A stretch of 60,887 bases of DNA, filler included, from Coriobacteriales bacterium (GTDB lineage: Bacteria; Actinomycetota; Coriobacteriia; Coriobacteriales; UBA8131): assembly GCA_031263105.1 (NCBI GenBank). It is 3 parts of 3 records of this genome, joined end to end, with 100 filler letters (N's around TTAATTAATTAA, not from the genome) between each part and the next. Parts side by side here need not be neighbours in the genome. Positions count along the whole stretch, not along the records: positions 1 to 23,451 come from JAISGJ010000100.1; 2 more parts are not named here. One strand, given 5' to 3'. Position 1 is the first letter of the stretch, and every line of letters begins with the position of its first letter. The translations under genes and the position numbers were made by a program. The notes beneath the pieces were generated by a model. The model saw only the letters and a list, made by a program, of their open reading frames with translations, was not told the DNA's origin and did no database searches. Below are positions 9,276 through 19,311 of this stretch, piece by piece.

Positions 9276-11317
9276 GCAGCATGAACACCAAGAAGGCTTT
9301 GGGCATGGGCGTAGAGAAAGATGGGGAGAGAAGCGCAGAAAAGCGTGGGGAGAAGAGGCGGCCCGGATTGCAGGAGAAGAGGCGGCCCGGGCTGCAGGTC
9401 GCGCTTGCCCTGCTGCTGGCCATAGCGCTCCTGCCTGCCACGGCCACGGCAGAAAGCTCCGTCGCGGCAGATGCCTCCGGGGCGGCAGACGCTGGTGCAC
9501 CCGCGCCCGCCGCCGCCGACACGCCCGCGCCCTCGGCCGCCCCCTCCTCGGCCGCCGCCGCATCCAAGGCACCTGCGCTCGTCAAAGAGCGCGAGGAGGT
9601 CGTCTATGCCCTGCTTGAGGGCAACGGACGGCCGCAGACAGGCTACGTGGTAAACCACTTCCTCGTCGATGAGGGCGGCACGCTCGTCGATGAGGGCGGC
9701 TACAGCAGCGCGACGAACCTCAGCTCCCTTGCGGAGCTTTCGCTTGAGGGCACGCAGGTCTCCGTCCCCGTCGACAAAGGGGACTTCTATTACGAGGGCG
9801 TCCTCGACACGGTCGACCTGCCCTGGCTCATCGATATCGACTACACGCTTGACGGAAAAAAGGTTGAGCCGGCACAGCTGGCAGGTGCCAGCGGCAAGCT
9901 GGGCCTGAACATCAAGACCAGGATGAACCCGGACGTGGATGCGGTCTTCTTCGAGAACTACCTCCTCCAGATACAGGTGACCCTCGACGCAGGGACGACG
10001 CGGGCGCTGCATGCGCCCGACGCGACGATCGCCACAGTCGGCACGAACAAGCAGCTTGTCTTTATGGTGCTTCCTGGGCGCGAGGGCGACCTTGCGCTCG
10101 AGGCACAGGTCACGGATTTCGAGATGCCCGGCATCCAGGTCTCGGCCCTGCCGTTCTCGATGGTCTTCGACATTCCCGACACGGACACGATGGTCACGGA
10201 CATGAGGACGCTCACCGACGCGATCAAGGAGCTCGACGAGGGGGTCCGCAAGCTCAACGGCGGGGCGACCGACCTTGAGTCCGGCAGCGCCGCGCTGGCA
10301 TCCGGCTCCAACGGCCTCAACGATGCGCTCCGCTTGGTGAGCGACAACTCCGCAGGCCTGCGGGACGCCTCCTCGCAGATAAAGGGGGCCCTTGCGCTCA
10401 TCGCCAAGGAGCTGAAGGGCGGAACCGTCGACCCCGACCAGGTGGAGCAACTGGTCGACGGCCTGCGTCAGCTCTCGGCCGGCCTGCACAGCGACGACCC
10501 GAAGCAGCCGGGCCTGGCGAACGGCCTGACGCAGATGCACGAAGGGCTCACCGGCGCCGTCACGGCGATGGACGGGGTCGTGGGCACCTTGGCCCCCGTC
10601 ACCGACCCTGCGGCCCTGCAGGCCCTGGGCGGCGAGCTCGGCTTGCTGTCGCCGGGCTCGCAGGCAACGGCTGCGGCCTTGATCGAAGTCAACACCCAGG
10701 CTGCCTACGTGCAGGGCGCCTGGTACGGCCCGGGCGGCAACGACGGGGTCAAGGCCGGGCTCGACTCGATTGCCGCAGGCCTCGACCAGTCTGCGGACAC
10801 CTGCCAGACCCTGGCAGGGCAGATCGCCACGATAGGCGAGGGGCTTGAACAGGGACTGAGCGGGGTGGAGGGCCTTGGCACCCTCGGCACGTCGCTGGGC
10901 ACGCTCTCCGACAACTACACCGCCTTTGACAAAGGGCTGGCCGGCTACCTCGGGGGCGTCGACAGGATCGCAGCCGAATACGCCACCTTCAACTCCGCGC
11001 TCGGCCAGGTCGCAGGCGGGATACGCGAGTTCTCTGGCGGCGTTTCGACCCTGCGCACAGGAACCTCCGAGCTCTACGCCAACGTGGAGGACCTGCCCGA
11101 GACCATGCAAAAGGAGATAGACGGCTTCCTCAAGGACTATCAGGCGAGCGCCTTCGAGCCGGTCTCCTTCGTCTCGGCGGCAAACGAGAAGACGACGCGC
11201 GTGCAGTTCGTCCTCCGCACAGACCCCATAGAGGCAGAGGCCCCTGAGAAGCCTGCCGACGACAGCGCCCCGGCACCCCAAGGCCTCTGGGACCGCCTGC
11301 TCGCTTTGTTCGCGTAG
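9272..11317 (+). CDS. Secreted/membrane MMPL-associated protein with L-x-x-G heptad repeats (YhgE/Pip-like)
   Basis: Signal-like hydrophobic stretch, KEREEVVYA start, LxxGxxxL repeats, SFVS..N....VQFV terminus. Confidence 0.75.
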   Translation: MSSMNTKKALGMGVEKDGERSAEKRGEKRRPGLQEKRRPGLQVALALLLAIALLPATATAESSVAADASGAADAGAPAPAAADTPAPSAAPSSAAAASKAPALVKEREEVVYALLEGNGRPQTGYVVNHFLVDEGGTLVDEGGYSSATNLSSLAELSLEGTQVSVPVDKGDFYYEGVLDTVDLPWLIDIDYTLDGKKVEPAQLAGASGKLGLNIKTRMNPDVDAVFFENYLLQIQVTLDAGTTRALHAPDATIATVGTNKQLVFMVLPGREGDLALEAQVTDFEMPGIQVSALPFSMVFDIPDTDTMVTDMRTLTDAIKELDEGVRKLNGGATDLESGSAALASGSNGLNDALRLVSDNSAGLRDASSQIKGALALIAKELKGGTVDPDQVEQLVDGLRQLSAGLHSDDPKQPGLANGLTQMHEGLTGAVTAMDGVVGTLAPVTDPAALQALGGELGLLSPGSQATAAALIEVNTQAAYVQGAWYGPGGNDGVKAGLDSIAAGLDQSADTCQTLAGQIATIGEGLEQGLSGVEGLGTLGTSLGTLSDNYTAFDKGLAGYLGGVDRIAAEYATFNSALGQVAGGIREFSGGVSTLRTGTSELYANVEDLPETMQKEIDGFLKDYQASAFEPVSFVSAANEKTTRVQFVLRTDPIEAEAPEKPADDSAPAPQGLWDRLLALFA

Positions 11318-11390
11318 CCCTGCCGTCCCGCCCCCGACCACCTGCGCAACGGCGCACACGGCGCACGTGGCGTATGGCTATAATAGGGGC

Positions 11391-12110
11391 ATGAACAGGC
11401 GAGCGACAACAGGCAGGCAGGCCCGAAACGAGGCTTCGAAGCAGCGCCGGGCGGAACCGCGCGAGGGGCGCATCAAGCGTATCCGGGACTATTCGATAGG
11501 GGAGGAGATCGCCAACTCCGTCACGCACGGCATCGGTGCGCTCCTGGGAATCGCCGCCCTGGTGCTGATGGCCGTCTTCGCCGTCATGCACGGCGGCGGC
11601 GTGAGGCTGGCGGCGGCGCTTGTATTCGGCATTGCCCTGATCGTAGAGTACACCGCCTCGACGTTGTACCATGCGCTCACCGCCGAGCGTGCGAAAAAAG
11701 TGTTCAAGGTCCTCGACCACGCGTCGATATACCTGCTCATCGCCGGCACCTATGCCCCCTTCTGCCTCGTCTCGCTCGCAGATGACGGGGGAGCCGTCCT
11801 CTGCGCCATCGAATGGGCCCTTGCGGTCATCGGCATCGCGGTCGAGGCGTTCTGGGTGTTCCGCCCCCGCTGGGTAAGCGTGCTCGTCTATCTGGCGATG
11901 GGCTGGCTCATCGTCCTGCGGATAGGGGCGCTCGTGGCCGCCGTCCCCTTCGGGGGCGTCGCGCTCTTGCTGGCAGGGGGCGTCTGCTACACCGTGGGGA
12001 CGGTGTTCTACCTCCTGAAGAAGGTGCCCTACATGCATTCCATCTGGCACGTCTGGGTACTGGCCGGCAGCGTCTGCCACGTCCTCGGCGTCCTGCTGTT
12101 CGTGCTCTGA
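11391..12110 (+). CDS. Hemolysin III / PAQR family membrane protein
   Basis: EEIANSVTHG, STLYH, DHASIYLLIAGTY and HSIWHVWVLAG motifs. Confidence 0.93.
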   Translation: MNRRATTGRQARNEASKQRRAEPREGRIKRIRDYSIGEEIANSVTHGIGALLGIAALVLMAVFAVMHGGGVRLAAALVFGIALIVEYTASTLYHALTAERAKKVFKVLDHASIYLLIAGTYAPFCLVSLADDGGAVLCAIEWALAVIGIAVEAFWVFRPRWVSVLVYLAMGWLIVLRIGALVAAVPFGGVALLLAGGVCYTVGTVFYLLKKVPYMHSIWHVWVLAGSVCHVLGVLLFVL

Positions 12111-12126
12111 CACAGACAGGGAACTG

Positions 12127-12288
12127 GTTACAGTTCACACCCTCACTGTCATCCCGAGCCTGCCGAGGGATCCTCGGTCGCGCCAGCGGTCGACCGCAGG
12201 TCGAAGGGCCCCCGACCTGCCGTTGGACACTGCGTGTCCAAAGATTCCTCGACAGGCTCAGGATGACAGTGAGGGCGTGAACTGTAAC
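12127..12288. mobile_element. MITE-like palindromic element with 10-bp flanking duplication CAGGGAACTG
   Basis: Termini GTTACAGTTCAC / GTGAACTGTAAC; direct repeat at 12117-12126 and 12289-12298. Confidence 0.85.
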
Positions 12289-12362
12289 CAGGGAACTGCC
12301 CCCTCGTCTATGTACTCCAAGGGTCTTCTTGACGTTGCCTTGAATGCATATATACTATCACT

Positions 12363-12794
12363 ATGAGTGATTTGGTGGTTATAGATACGAATGTGCTGGT
12401 TTCAGCCATCCGGTCTTCGCAGGGTTCGTCGTTCACCTTGCTTCAAAAGGTCGGCACAGGGGCTTTTGGCATCGCCCTGTCCGTGTCCTTGGTGCTTGAG
12501 TACGAGGAGGCGACGAAGCGCATCGACGGGGCGCTGCGTCCGGATTTCGCAGTTATCGACGATATCATCGACTATCTGTGCCTTGTCGGGGCAAGGGCCT
12601 CTCGGACCCATTATCTGTGGAGACCGCACCTGAAAGACCCGAAGGACGACCACGTCCTTGAGCTCGCCGTGTCGTCGGGCGCGGCCTTCATCGTCACCTA
12701 CAACAAGCGGGACTTCGCCGGTGCCGAGCGCTTCGGCATCCCGCTCCTTGGCCCTTACGAGTACCTGCAGAGATTGGAGAGGATCCATGGGTAG
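12363..12794 (+). CDS. PIN-domain putative toxin
   Basis: VVIDTNVLVSA...DPKDDHVLELA...IVTYNKRDF. Confidence 0.92.
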   Translation: MSDLVVIDTNVLVSAIRSSQGSSFTLLQKVGTGAFGIALSVSLVLEYEEATKRIDGALRPDFAVIDDIIDYLCLVGARASRTHYLWRPHLKDPKDDHVLELAVSSGAAFIVTYNKRDFAGAERFGIPLLGPYEYLQRLERIHG

Positions 12795-13035
12795 CATAAC
12801 CGTCCGGCTCCCGGACTCCATCCACAAGAACCTGAGGAGCCTGGCGAAGAAGGACCGCGTCTCCATCAACCAGCTCATCTCATCGGCCGTGACCGAGAAG
12901 GTGTCGGCGCTGATGACCGAGGACTACCTGGAGGCGCGGGCGGCCAGGGCAAGCCGGGAGGCCTTCGACGCCGCGCTGGCCCACGTCCCCTCCGTCCCGC
13001 CGGAACCCTACGACGACAAGCCGCCCGAATCCTAA
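12787..13035 (+). CDS. Ribbon-helix-helix antitoxin
   Basis: ITVRLPDSIHKNLRSLAKKDRVSINQLI; overlaps the PIN gene end. Confidence 0.85.
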   Translation: MGSITVRLPDSIHKNLRSLAKKDRVSINQLISSAVTEKVSALMTEDYLEARAARASREAFDAALAHVPSVPPEPYDDKPPES

Positions 13036-13080
13036 AGCACAAAGGGGAGGGCCACAAAGGCGGCGGCGGCTTGTCTGTGC

Positions 13081-14574
13081 TCACGTGTCGTCGTCGATCA
13101 GCTGCAGAAGGTCTTGGCGGGAGTGGACGCCCAGCTTGCGATAGATGTTCTTGACATGGCTGCGGACGGTGCTGTCTGACAGGAACAGCTTTTTGGCGAT
13201 GTATGCCGGGCTGTACCCGCGACCGATGTAGAGCATTATCTCGCTCTCGCGCCTGGAAAGCGCACCTTGTGTGGAAAGCTCCTCGCAGCGCGACTCCAGG
13301 TTCTCGTACAGGGTGTGGGCGGACGCATCCTCCGAGGGCGTGAACATCATGCGCCAGGCGCGCAGCCCCGGCCAGAGCACCAGAAGCAGGAAGTACAGCG
13401 TGGAGAGCACCAGCAGGACAGCCTCGAAATTGTCGCTGATAACAGGGATGGAGCCCAGGCGCAGGCCGACCAGCGAGACGACGCAGAACGCCGCAATCGC
13501 CGAACCGAAGATGAGGGGCACGGGGAACTCCCCCGCATTGGCCGCAGCCACGAAGGCCGCCAAGGAGAGCAGGCCGATGATGCCGAAGAAGACATAGATG
13601 CCCGCCGTGCCCAGCCCGTGCGGCAGGCTGGGTTCGGGGAAGCTGTTGAGCAGGATGAGCAGGGCGGCCAGTATAGGCAGGAACACCTGGTAGATCAAGG
13701 GCAACAGCGGCTTCTCCAAGCGCAGGAGGCACAGCGGCAGCAAGACGACGATGCTCAACAGCACCCCCAGGCTCTCGGCGGTGAAGACCTCGAACCACAT
13801 GACCTTGCGCACGGCCATGGTGAGGGCGAAGAGCAAAAGGCCGATGAAGGGTCCGACGACGACTTGGAGCATGTCGTGCAAGGTTGCTGCCAGGCGTCCG
13901 ATGACGGAGCGGGAGGGGTGGGCGTCGGGGGAGGGCCTGCCGGTGTATCGGGGCGGCACGAGAGCGGTGGTCGGCACACCGCTGTGGGCATCGGCAGCGG
14001 GTCCGCCGACGCCTCGGGACGCCCGCCAGACGCCGCACACGGGCGCAACGGCACCAACGACGCTCAAGGCAGCGAAGACGAGCATGTGCGGGATGTCGGG
14101 GAGGAAGAAGGTGCCGACATTGACCAAGGCGCTCGCACCGCACAGCAGCCCAAGGGTGAACAGGGCGGACTTGAGGTCGAACCTGGCAAAGTAGGAGGCC
14201 CAGGCCATGCCCAGGATCACTGTCCCGATGCCGCTGAGCGCGCCGGCCAGGATGGCAAGGGGCACGACGACGGTGGCAGAGAGCAGCATGGGCAAAAAAC
14301 CCAGGATGCCGACCGACGACAGCACCGCACCCGCAACGACGAGCGGAAAACTGACAGCGCCGAAGCCGGGACGAACCAGGGACCAAGCGGCGGCGGCCAG
14401 CCCGGCCAGCCCGGCGCTGAGCAGCACGGCGTTGGCAAAACAGGGCATGGCCTCCGTGAATCCCGCCAGCGCCTGGTCGAACATGAGATTGGGAGAGTAG
14501 ATCGGGAAGGTCGCAAAATAGGCGGCGAAGGCCAGCGTCTCCCACCTCAGGTGCAAGCCGTTCAGAAGCTTCAC
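13081..14574 (-). CDS. Multi-TM LuxR-family one-component regulator
   Basis: About 12 TM segments plus C-terminal LSRRESEI...TVRSHVKNIYRKLGVHSR HTH. Confidence 0.92.
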   Translation of the reverse strand: MKLLNGLHLRWETLAFAAYFATFPIYSPNLMFDQALAGFTEAMPCFANAVLLSAGLAGLAAAAWSLVRPGFGAVSFPLVVAGAVLSSVGILGFLPMLLSATVVVPLAILAGALSGIGTVILGMAWASYFARFDLKSALFTLGLLCGASALVNVGTFFLPDIPHMLVFAALSVVGAVAPVCGVWRASRGVGGPAADAHSGVPTTALVPPRYTGRPSPDAHPSRSVIGRLAATLHDMLQVVVGPFIGLLLFALTMAVRKVMWFEVFTAESLGVLLSIVVLLPLCLLRLEKPLLPLIYQVFLPILAALLILLNSFPEPSLPHGLGTAGIYVFFGIIGLLSLAAFVAAANAGEFPVPLIFGSAIAAFCVVSLVGLRLGSIPVISDNFEAVLLVLSTLYFLLLVLWPGLRAWRMMFTPSEDASAHTLYENLESRCEELSTQGALSRRESEIMLYIGRGYSPAYIAKKLFLSDSTVRSHVKNIYRKLGVHSRQDLLQLIDDDT

Positions 14575-14767
14575 GTTCTCCTCCTCGTCCGTCCTCTCCC
14601 CATTGTACGGTCATGCGGAATGCCCTGTTTTGGCAAATGGCGAGAAAAGGGCTTTTACCCAAAAATCGTGATGCCGGAAGCGTCTCGTGCGGCTGCCGCA
14701 GAGGCGGGTTCCCCCGTATTCGCGATTACCTCGCCGCTGTCTGCCTGCCTACAATCTTGAGCGGCTG

Positions 14768-15069
14768 GTTACCGACACCCTCACTGCCATCCCGAGCCCC
14801 GCTGCCATCGGGCTCCCACCGTCATCGGGCTCCCGCTGCCATCCCGGGCTCCCACTGCCAGCGGGCTCCCACTGTCATCCCGCGCCTGCCGAGGGATCCT
14901 CGACCGCGTACGCGGTCGACTGTGGGCGGATGCGCCTCAGCCTGCGGGCGGCTGCTTCGCGGCCGAGGATCCCTCGGCAGGCTCGGGATGACAGTGGGAG
15001 CCCGATGGCAGTGGGAGCCCGATGGCAGCGGGGCCCGGGATGGCAGTGAGGGTGTAAGCACACGGTAGC
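14768..15069. repeat. Degenerate MITE-like palindromic element
   Basis: CACTGCCATCCCGAGC...GCTCGGGATGACAGTG arms with internal duplicated subunits. Confidence 0.75.
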
Positions 15070-15112
15070 GACAAACTTCGGAGTGTGGCAAAAGGATAGA
15101 AAGGACAGAGCT

Positions 15113-16984
15113 ATGAACGAACCTATGAACGAGCACGACGAAAGCAAGTTGACGAGGCGCGGCTTCCTTGCAGGCGCAGCACTGGTGGGCGCAGGCGTAG
15201 TGGGAGCCGGGGCGTTGGCGGCCTGTGCGCCGAGCACGCCGTCGGACAGCGGCGGGGCAGGCGGCGGCGGCGGGACGGGCGGCGATGGCGGCGACCCCAG
15301 CGGCGAGGCGGGAGCGCCTTCCGCCAACACACAAAGCGGCTGGAGGGTACAGCCCGAGACGCCGACCGATGCTGCCGACGGAGGCACCTATGACGTCGTC
15401 GTGGTGGGCCACGGCTACGCCGGCGTGACCTCCTGTCGCGAGCTGTCCGAGCAGGGGTTCAAGGTCGCCTTGCTCGAGGTGCAGCCGGAGAGCTCCTATG
15501 CCGCCAGCGGCAATGAGAGCGCGGCGCTGAACTCCAGGGTCCTGGACCGGGTGACCGCCTATAACCCGGTTCCGCATGTCGATCCGGTCGAATATTTCGA
15601 CAACTGGATGACCATGATCGGCAACCAGGGCAATCCCGGCCTTGTCATGAGGTACTGCCAGAACATGGGCGACAACATCGACTGGTACTACGACTCGCTG
15701 ACCGACGAGGACTTCGCGACCATCACCCACACCGGCTGGCCGAACGAGGGCGAGACCTGGGAGCACATCCTGCCCAGCATCGGGCCGATCAAGTTCTGGC
15801 CGGGCACCTTCTCCGCCTACAGCGAGGAGTGCAACCAGAGCAAGATCCAAGGCTACAACAGGGACAAGGCCAGGGCTGCCGGAGCCGAGTTCTTCTTCGA
15901 GACCCGTGGGCAGCAGATCGTCGTGGAAGGCGGCACGATCGCCGGTGTGATCGCCACCGATGCCGACGACAACTTCATCAGATACAACTGCAAGGCCGTG
16001 GTCGTGGCCACCGGCGGTTTTGCCTACAACGAGGAGATGCTCAACGACCTGATGCCCGACATCGCGGACAACATGACCGACGACGAGGTCTGGAAAGACG
16101 CGTTCGGCGGCGAGAGGTTCCCTGCCCCCGAGGGCATGCAGTACATGGGAGACGGGATCAAGATGGCCCACTGGGCCGGCGCCCACCTCGAGTCCCTCGT
16201 GGCCGGCATGAACTCCAAGCACATCCAGCCGCCCTCCGGCATGACCAACCTGCCACAGGCGGTCTGGGTCAGGGCCGACGGCAGGCGTTTCTGCAACGAG
16301 TTCTATCCGATAGTCGAGCAACGCGGCGTGCCCAACGTCTACATGACCAGGGAGCCCATCCACTGCGTCTTCGACGACGACTTCACCACCTACCGCTCCT
16401 ACTACGTGCCGCAACACGGCGGCGCCGAGCCGTCTGAGGCCACCATCCAGACTTTGCGCGACGGCATGGACAAGGCCTATCAGAAGTTCCTGGGCACGTG
16501 GGTCGAGCCCGAGGAGACCGGCGAGGAAGACCCCATGGCCGCCATGTTCGCGCCGCCCGAGTACATCGCCGACGACACGCTGGAGGGCCTGGCCGGACAG
16601 TTGGGCCTGACCGGCGACGCCGTAACCGCCTTTGTCGAGCAGATCGGCCGCTACAACCAGTATTGCACGGCCGGCCTTGACGAGGAGTTCGGCCGCTACA
16701 GCGAGACGCTCTTCCCGGTGGAGAAGGGCCCCTTCTACGGGGTCTCGGGCAACCCGGGCTTCGGCGAGATCATGTGCACCTGCGGCGGCATCATCACGGA
16801 CGCCGAGCAGAACGCCCTCGACAAGGACTTCAACCCGATCCCCGGCCTGTACGTCTCCGGCAACGACTGCGGCCGCCGCTACGGGATCGAGTACATCACC
16901 CCCACGCCAGGCGTCAGCCTCAGCATGGCCATCACCCTCGGCCGCGAATGCGGCAAGTCGGTCGCGAAGTGGCTGGGCGCATAG
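15113..16984 (+). CDS. Tat-exported lipoprotein FAD-dependent reductase (flavocytochrome c/fumarate reductase superfamily)
   Basis: TRRGFL twin-Arg, LAAC lipobox, DVVVVGHGYAG, VVVATGG, GRRFCNE, PIPGLYVSG. Confidence 0.9.
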   Translation: MNEPMNEHDESKLTRRGFLAGAALVGAGVVGAGALAACAPSTPSDSGGAGGGGGTGGDGGDPSGEAGAPSANTQSGWRVQPETPTDAADGGTYDVVVVGHGYAGVTSCRELSEQGFKVALLEVQPESSYAASGNESAALNSRVLDRVTAYNPVPHVDPVEYFDNWMTMIGNQGNPGLVMRYCQNMGDNIDWYYDSLTDEDFATITHTGWPNEGETWEHILPSIGPIKFWPGTFSAYSEECNQSKIQGYNRDKARAAGAEFFFETRGQQIVVEGGTIAGVIATDADDNFIRYNCKAVVVATGGFAYNEEMLNDLMPDIADNMTDDEVWKDAFGGERFPAPEGMQYMGDGIKMAHWAGAHLESLVAGMNSKHIQPPSGMTNLPQAVWVRADGRRFCNEFYPIVEQRGVPNVYMTREPIHCVFDDDFTTYRSYYVPQHGGAEPSEATIQTLRDGMDKAYQKFLGTWVEPEETGEEDPMAAMFAPPEYIADDTLEGLAGQLGLTGDAVTAFVEQIGRYNQYCTAGLDEEFGRYSETLFPVEKGPFYGVSGNPGFGEIMCTCGGIITDAEQNALDKDFNPIPGLYVSGNDCGRRYGIEYITPTPGVSLSMAITLGRECGKSVAKWLGA

Positions 16985-17059
16985 GGAACCTGCCCCTGCT
17001 CTGAGGCAGACCGCAAGAAGAGGTGCGGTTGTCAGCCCGAAAGGACCGGCAGCCGCACC

Positions 17060-17353
17060 GCTACTGTTCACACCCCCACTGTCATCCCGAGCCTGCCGAG
17101 GAATCTTTGGGTCCGAGCGCCCGGAAAACGCATCGCGTTTTCAGCGAGGACGGGCCGGCAGGCCCACGGATCACGCAGTGTCCAACGGCAGGCCAGGGGG
17201 CCCTTCGACCTGCGGTCGGGCGCTGGCGCGGCCGAGGATCCCACGGCAGGCTCGGGATGCCAGTGGGTGGCAGGGACGGGAGGACCGTGGGTGGCCGGCT
17301 CGGGGTGACCGGGGGGGGCAGGCTCGGGCTGACAGTGGGGTGTGTACAGTCAC
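17060..17353. mobile_element. MITE-like element with 8-bp duplication GCCGCACC
   Basis: Termini GCTACTGTTCACAC / GTGTGTACAGTCAC; direct repeat at 17052-17059 and 17354-17361. Confidence 0.85.
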
Positions 17354-17467
17354 GCCGCACCTCATTTTTTGTGCCGTTCCCTTGTGTTCTGACTTGCGGA
17401 GCTCAGCTCCTCGTGCTATTGTACAATTCGTCAGGTTTGTACGTTTTGTCATAGCGAAGGAGCGACA

Positions 17468-17887
17468 TTGCCGCAGGTAACGGAACAGGCGAGCGCGGTG
17501 CGTAACGGTTTCGCGGATTTTCTGGACGACGCGAGGACGCGCCCCCGGTACCTCAAACGACGTAAGTCGCACTATGTCCTGATGACCTCTGACGACTTCG
17601 ACCGCCTGGTGAGCGAGGACATAGACGTCAAGACAGTGGCCGATGACGACGGCGGCCATTACACCGAGAGCAGGGCGCTGCCCGACGTCATCGGCTTCGG
17701 CGCGACCAGGGAGGACGCGTTGCGCTCGTTCGAGGAGGGTGCGGTGTCCTTCGCCTACGAGTATTACGACAACTACGCCCTTTACAGCGCGTCGCCGGGC
17801 CGCAGCGGGCAGGCAGCCCTCATAACGAAGATACTGTCCCATAACGAGCGCTTCGGTTCCATCGCCGACCTCATCAAGGTGTCCTGA
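17468..17887 (+). CDS. Antitoxin with Phd-like N-terminus and HicB-like domain
   Basis: ASAVRNGFADFLD then LPDVIGFGATREDAL; TTG start with GAAGGAG RBS. Confidence 0.75.
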   Translation: MPQVTEQASAVRNGFADFLDDARTRPRYLKRRKSHYVLMTSDDFDRLVSEDIDVKTVADDDGGHYTESRALPDVIGFGATREDALRSFEEGAVSFAYEYYDNYALYSASPGRSGQAALITKILSHNERFGSIADLIKVS

Positions 17888-18156
17888 TGCCGTCGTGGCG
17901 TGACCTCGAGCGCTTTTTGAGACATGACGGCTGGGAGTACCGGCCAAAAAACAGCGGCACGGACAAAAGCTACACCAAGACCCTGCGCACCGGCGAGATG
18001 CTCTGGACAAGGGTATCCAAGGGGACAGGCGAAATCGGAGGCGGCCTGTTTGCCGCCATCCTCCGGCATCAGGTCAAGGCCTCAAAGGGCTACTTCAACC
18101 GGGTACTTGCACACAGCAAGCACCGGTCGGATGATTCGGATGAAAGGCTGTCGTGA
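17887..18156 (+). CDS. HicA-family toxin
   Basis: PSWRDLERFLRHDGW...TRVSKGTGEI...ILRHQ; translationally coupled (TGATG). Confidence 0.8.
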   Translation: MPSWRDLERFLRHDGWEYRPKNSGTDKSYTKTLRTGEMLWTRVSKGTGEIGGGLFAAILRHQVKASKGYFNRVLAHSKHRSDDSDERLS

Positions 18157-18281
18157 TGACGATCTGATGCACAGCACAGCACAAGACCAAAATCACTCAG
18201 CAGAGACCCTAAAAAGTCACTAAGATAAGGGGCGGAGCACAAACACCAACGTCTCCTCTGTGCTCACGCACTGTCTGTTGC

Positions 18282-18842
18282 CTACTTGCTGCCTGCAGCG
18301 ATTCCAGCTTCTCGCCAATGGCTCATAATCCATGTGTTGCTGAGCTTGGCCATGTGTTTTTCGTCAAGAGGACAACCCTGTTCAAGCCAGCGAACCTGAA
18401 CCATCGCGGATGCGGCTGCACAGAAATATGCCGCAAAGTCCCTGTTGATGGAGTCAAGGTCATAATTGCCATAAATCTCATAATTCAGTTCATAGGTACT
18501 ATCGGTAAGGAGTTCAACTAAGGCCATTTTGCCCAGATTCTCTATCAGGTTCTTATAGAGGGCTCTATGTTCATAGAGAATATGATGGCCGCGCTCCATA
18601 ACCAACAACGGCGCAGACTTGATCGTATCAAGCGGGAGAAGTTCGCGGAGGTTTTTGACCGGTACGACAATGTCGTTCTTGATAAAGTCGACAAGAAGCT
18701 CATGCTTGCTATCGAAGTGACGGTAGAACGTTTTCTTTGAAACAGACGCTTTCTCGCATATCTGTGTAACTGTCATCTGGTTATAGGGGATGTCAGTTAG
18801 AAGTGCGATAAAACTCGACGTGATGGAATCAATGGCTTCCAT
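18282..18842 (-). CDS. TetR/AcrR family regulator
   Basis: TVTQICEKASVSKKTFYRHF HTH; divergent from the molybdoenzyme operon. Confidence 0.92.
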   Translation of the reverse strand: MEAIDSITSSFIALLTDIPYNQMTVTQICEKASVSKKTFYRHFDSKHELLVDFIKNDIVVPVKNLRELLPLDTIKSAPLLVMERGHHILYEHRALYKNLIENLGKMALVELLTDSTYELNYEIYGNYDLDSINRDFAAYFCAAASAMVQVRWLEQGCPLDEKHMAKLSNTWIMSHWREAGIAAGSK

Positions 18843-18952
18843 AGGGCGTTCCCCTGTTTCTCCCAGCGAGTGAGGCTCCTTCTCCTCTGTTCATTATACA
18901 GGCAGGAAGAGCTCGTGCTGATTGGGGTTTCAGCAAAGCAGCTGAATCGCGG

Positions 18953-19115
18953 GCTACTGTTCACACTGTCGTTCCGAGCGAAGGGGCGTAAGCCCCGCAG
19001 TCGAGGAATCTTTGAGTGCACCAGCACTCGACCGGACAAGTTGGCAGCTTCGCAGCCAAAGATTCCTCGACTGCGCTGCGCTCCGCTCGGAATGACATTG
19101 GGTATGAACGGCAAC
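18953..19115. mobile_element. MITE-like element with 8-bp duplication AATCGCGG
   Basis: Termini GCTACTGTTCACAC / GTATGAACGGCAAC; direct repeat at 18945-18952 and 19116-19123. Confidence 0.85.
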
Positions 19116-19311
19116 AATCGCGGAAATGTTGGCGGAAACGTCTACGTGATTCGAGTATACCAAGGTGCACGAAAGCGCTCAATCGTTGCATGTTTTTCCT
19201 CATAAGAAGCGAAGCGTGCCATAAACACCCACGGAGGTTTTGAGATGCGTACTTGTTAGTCTTCTTCTAATGCGCAATAAATAGAGAGAAAACGAAGACG
19301 AAGGGAGAACT

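Noticed and set aside
11391..12110. Hemolysin III as part of a toxin system
   Set aside because: PAQR/HlyIII proteins are widespread membrane-homeostasis proteins, and this gene is unlinked to the island
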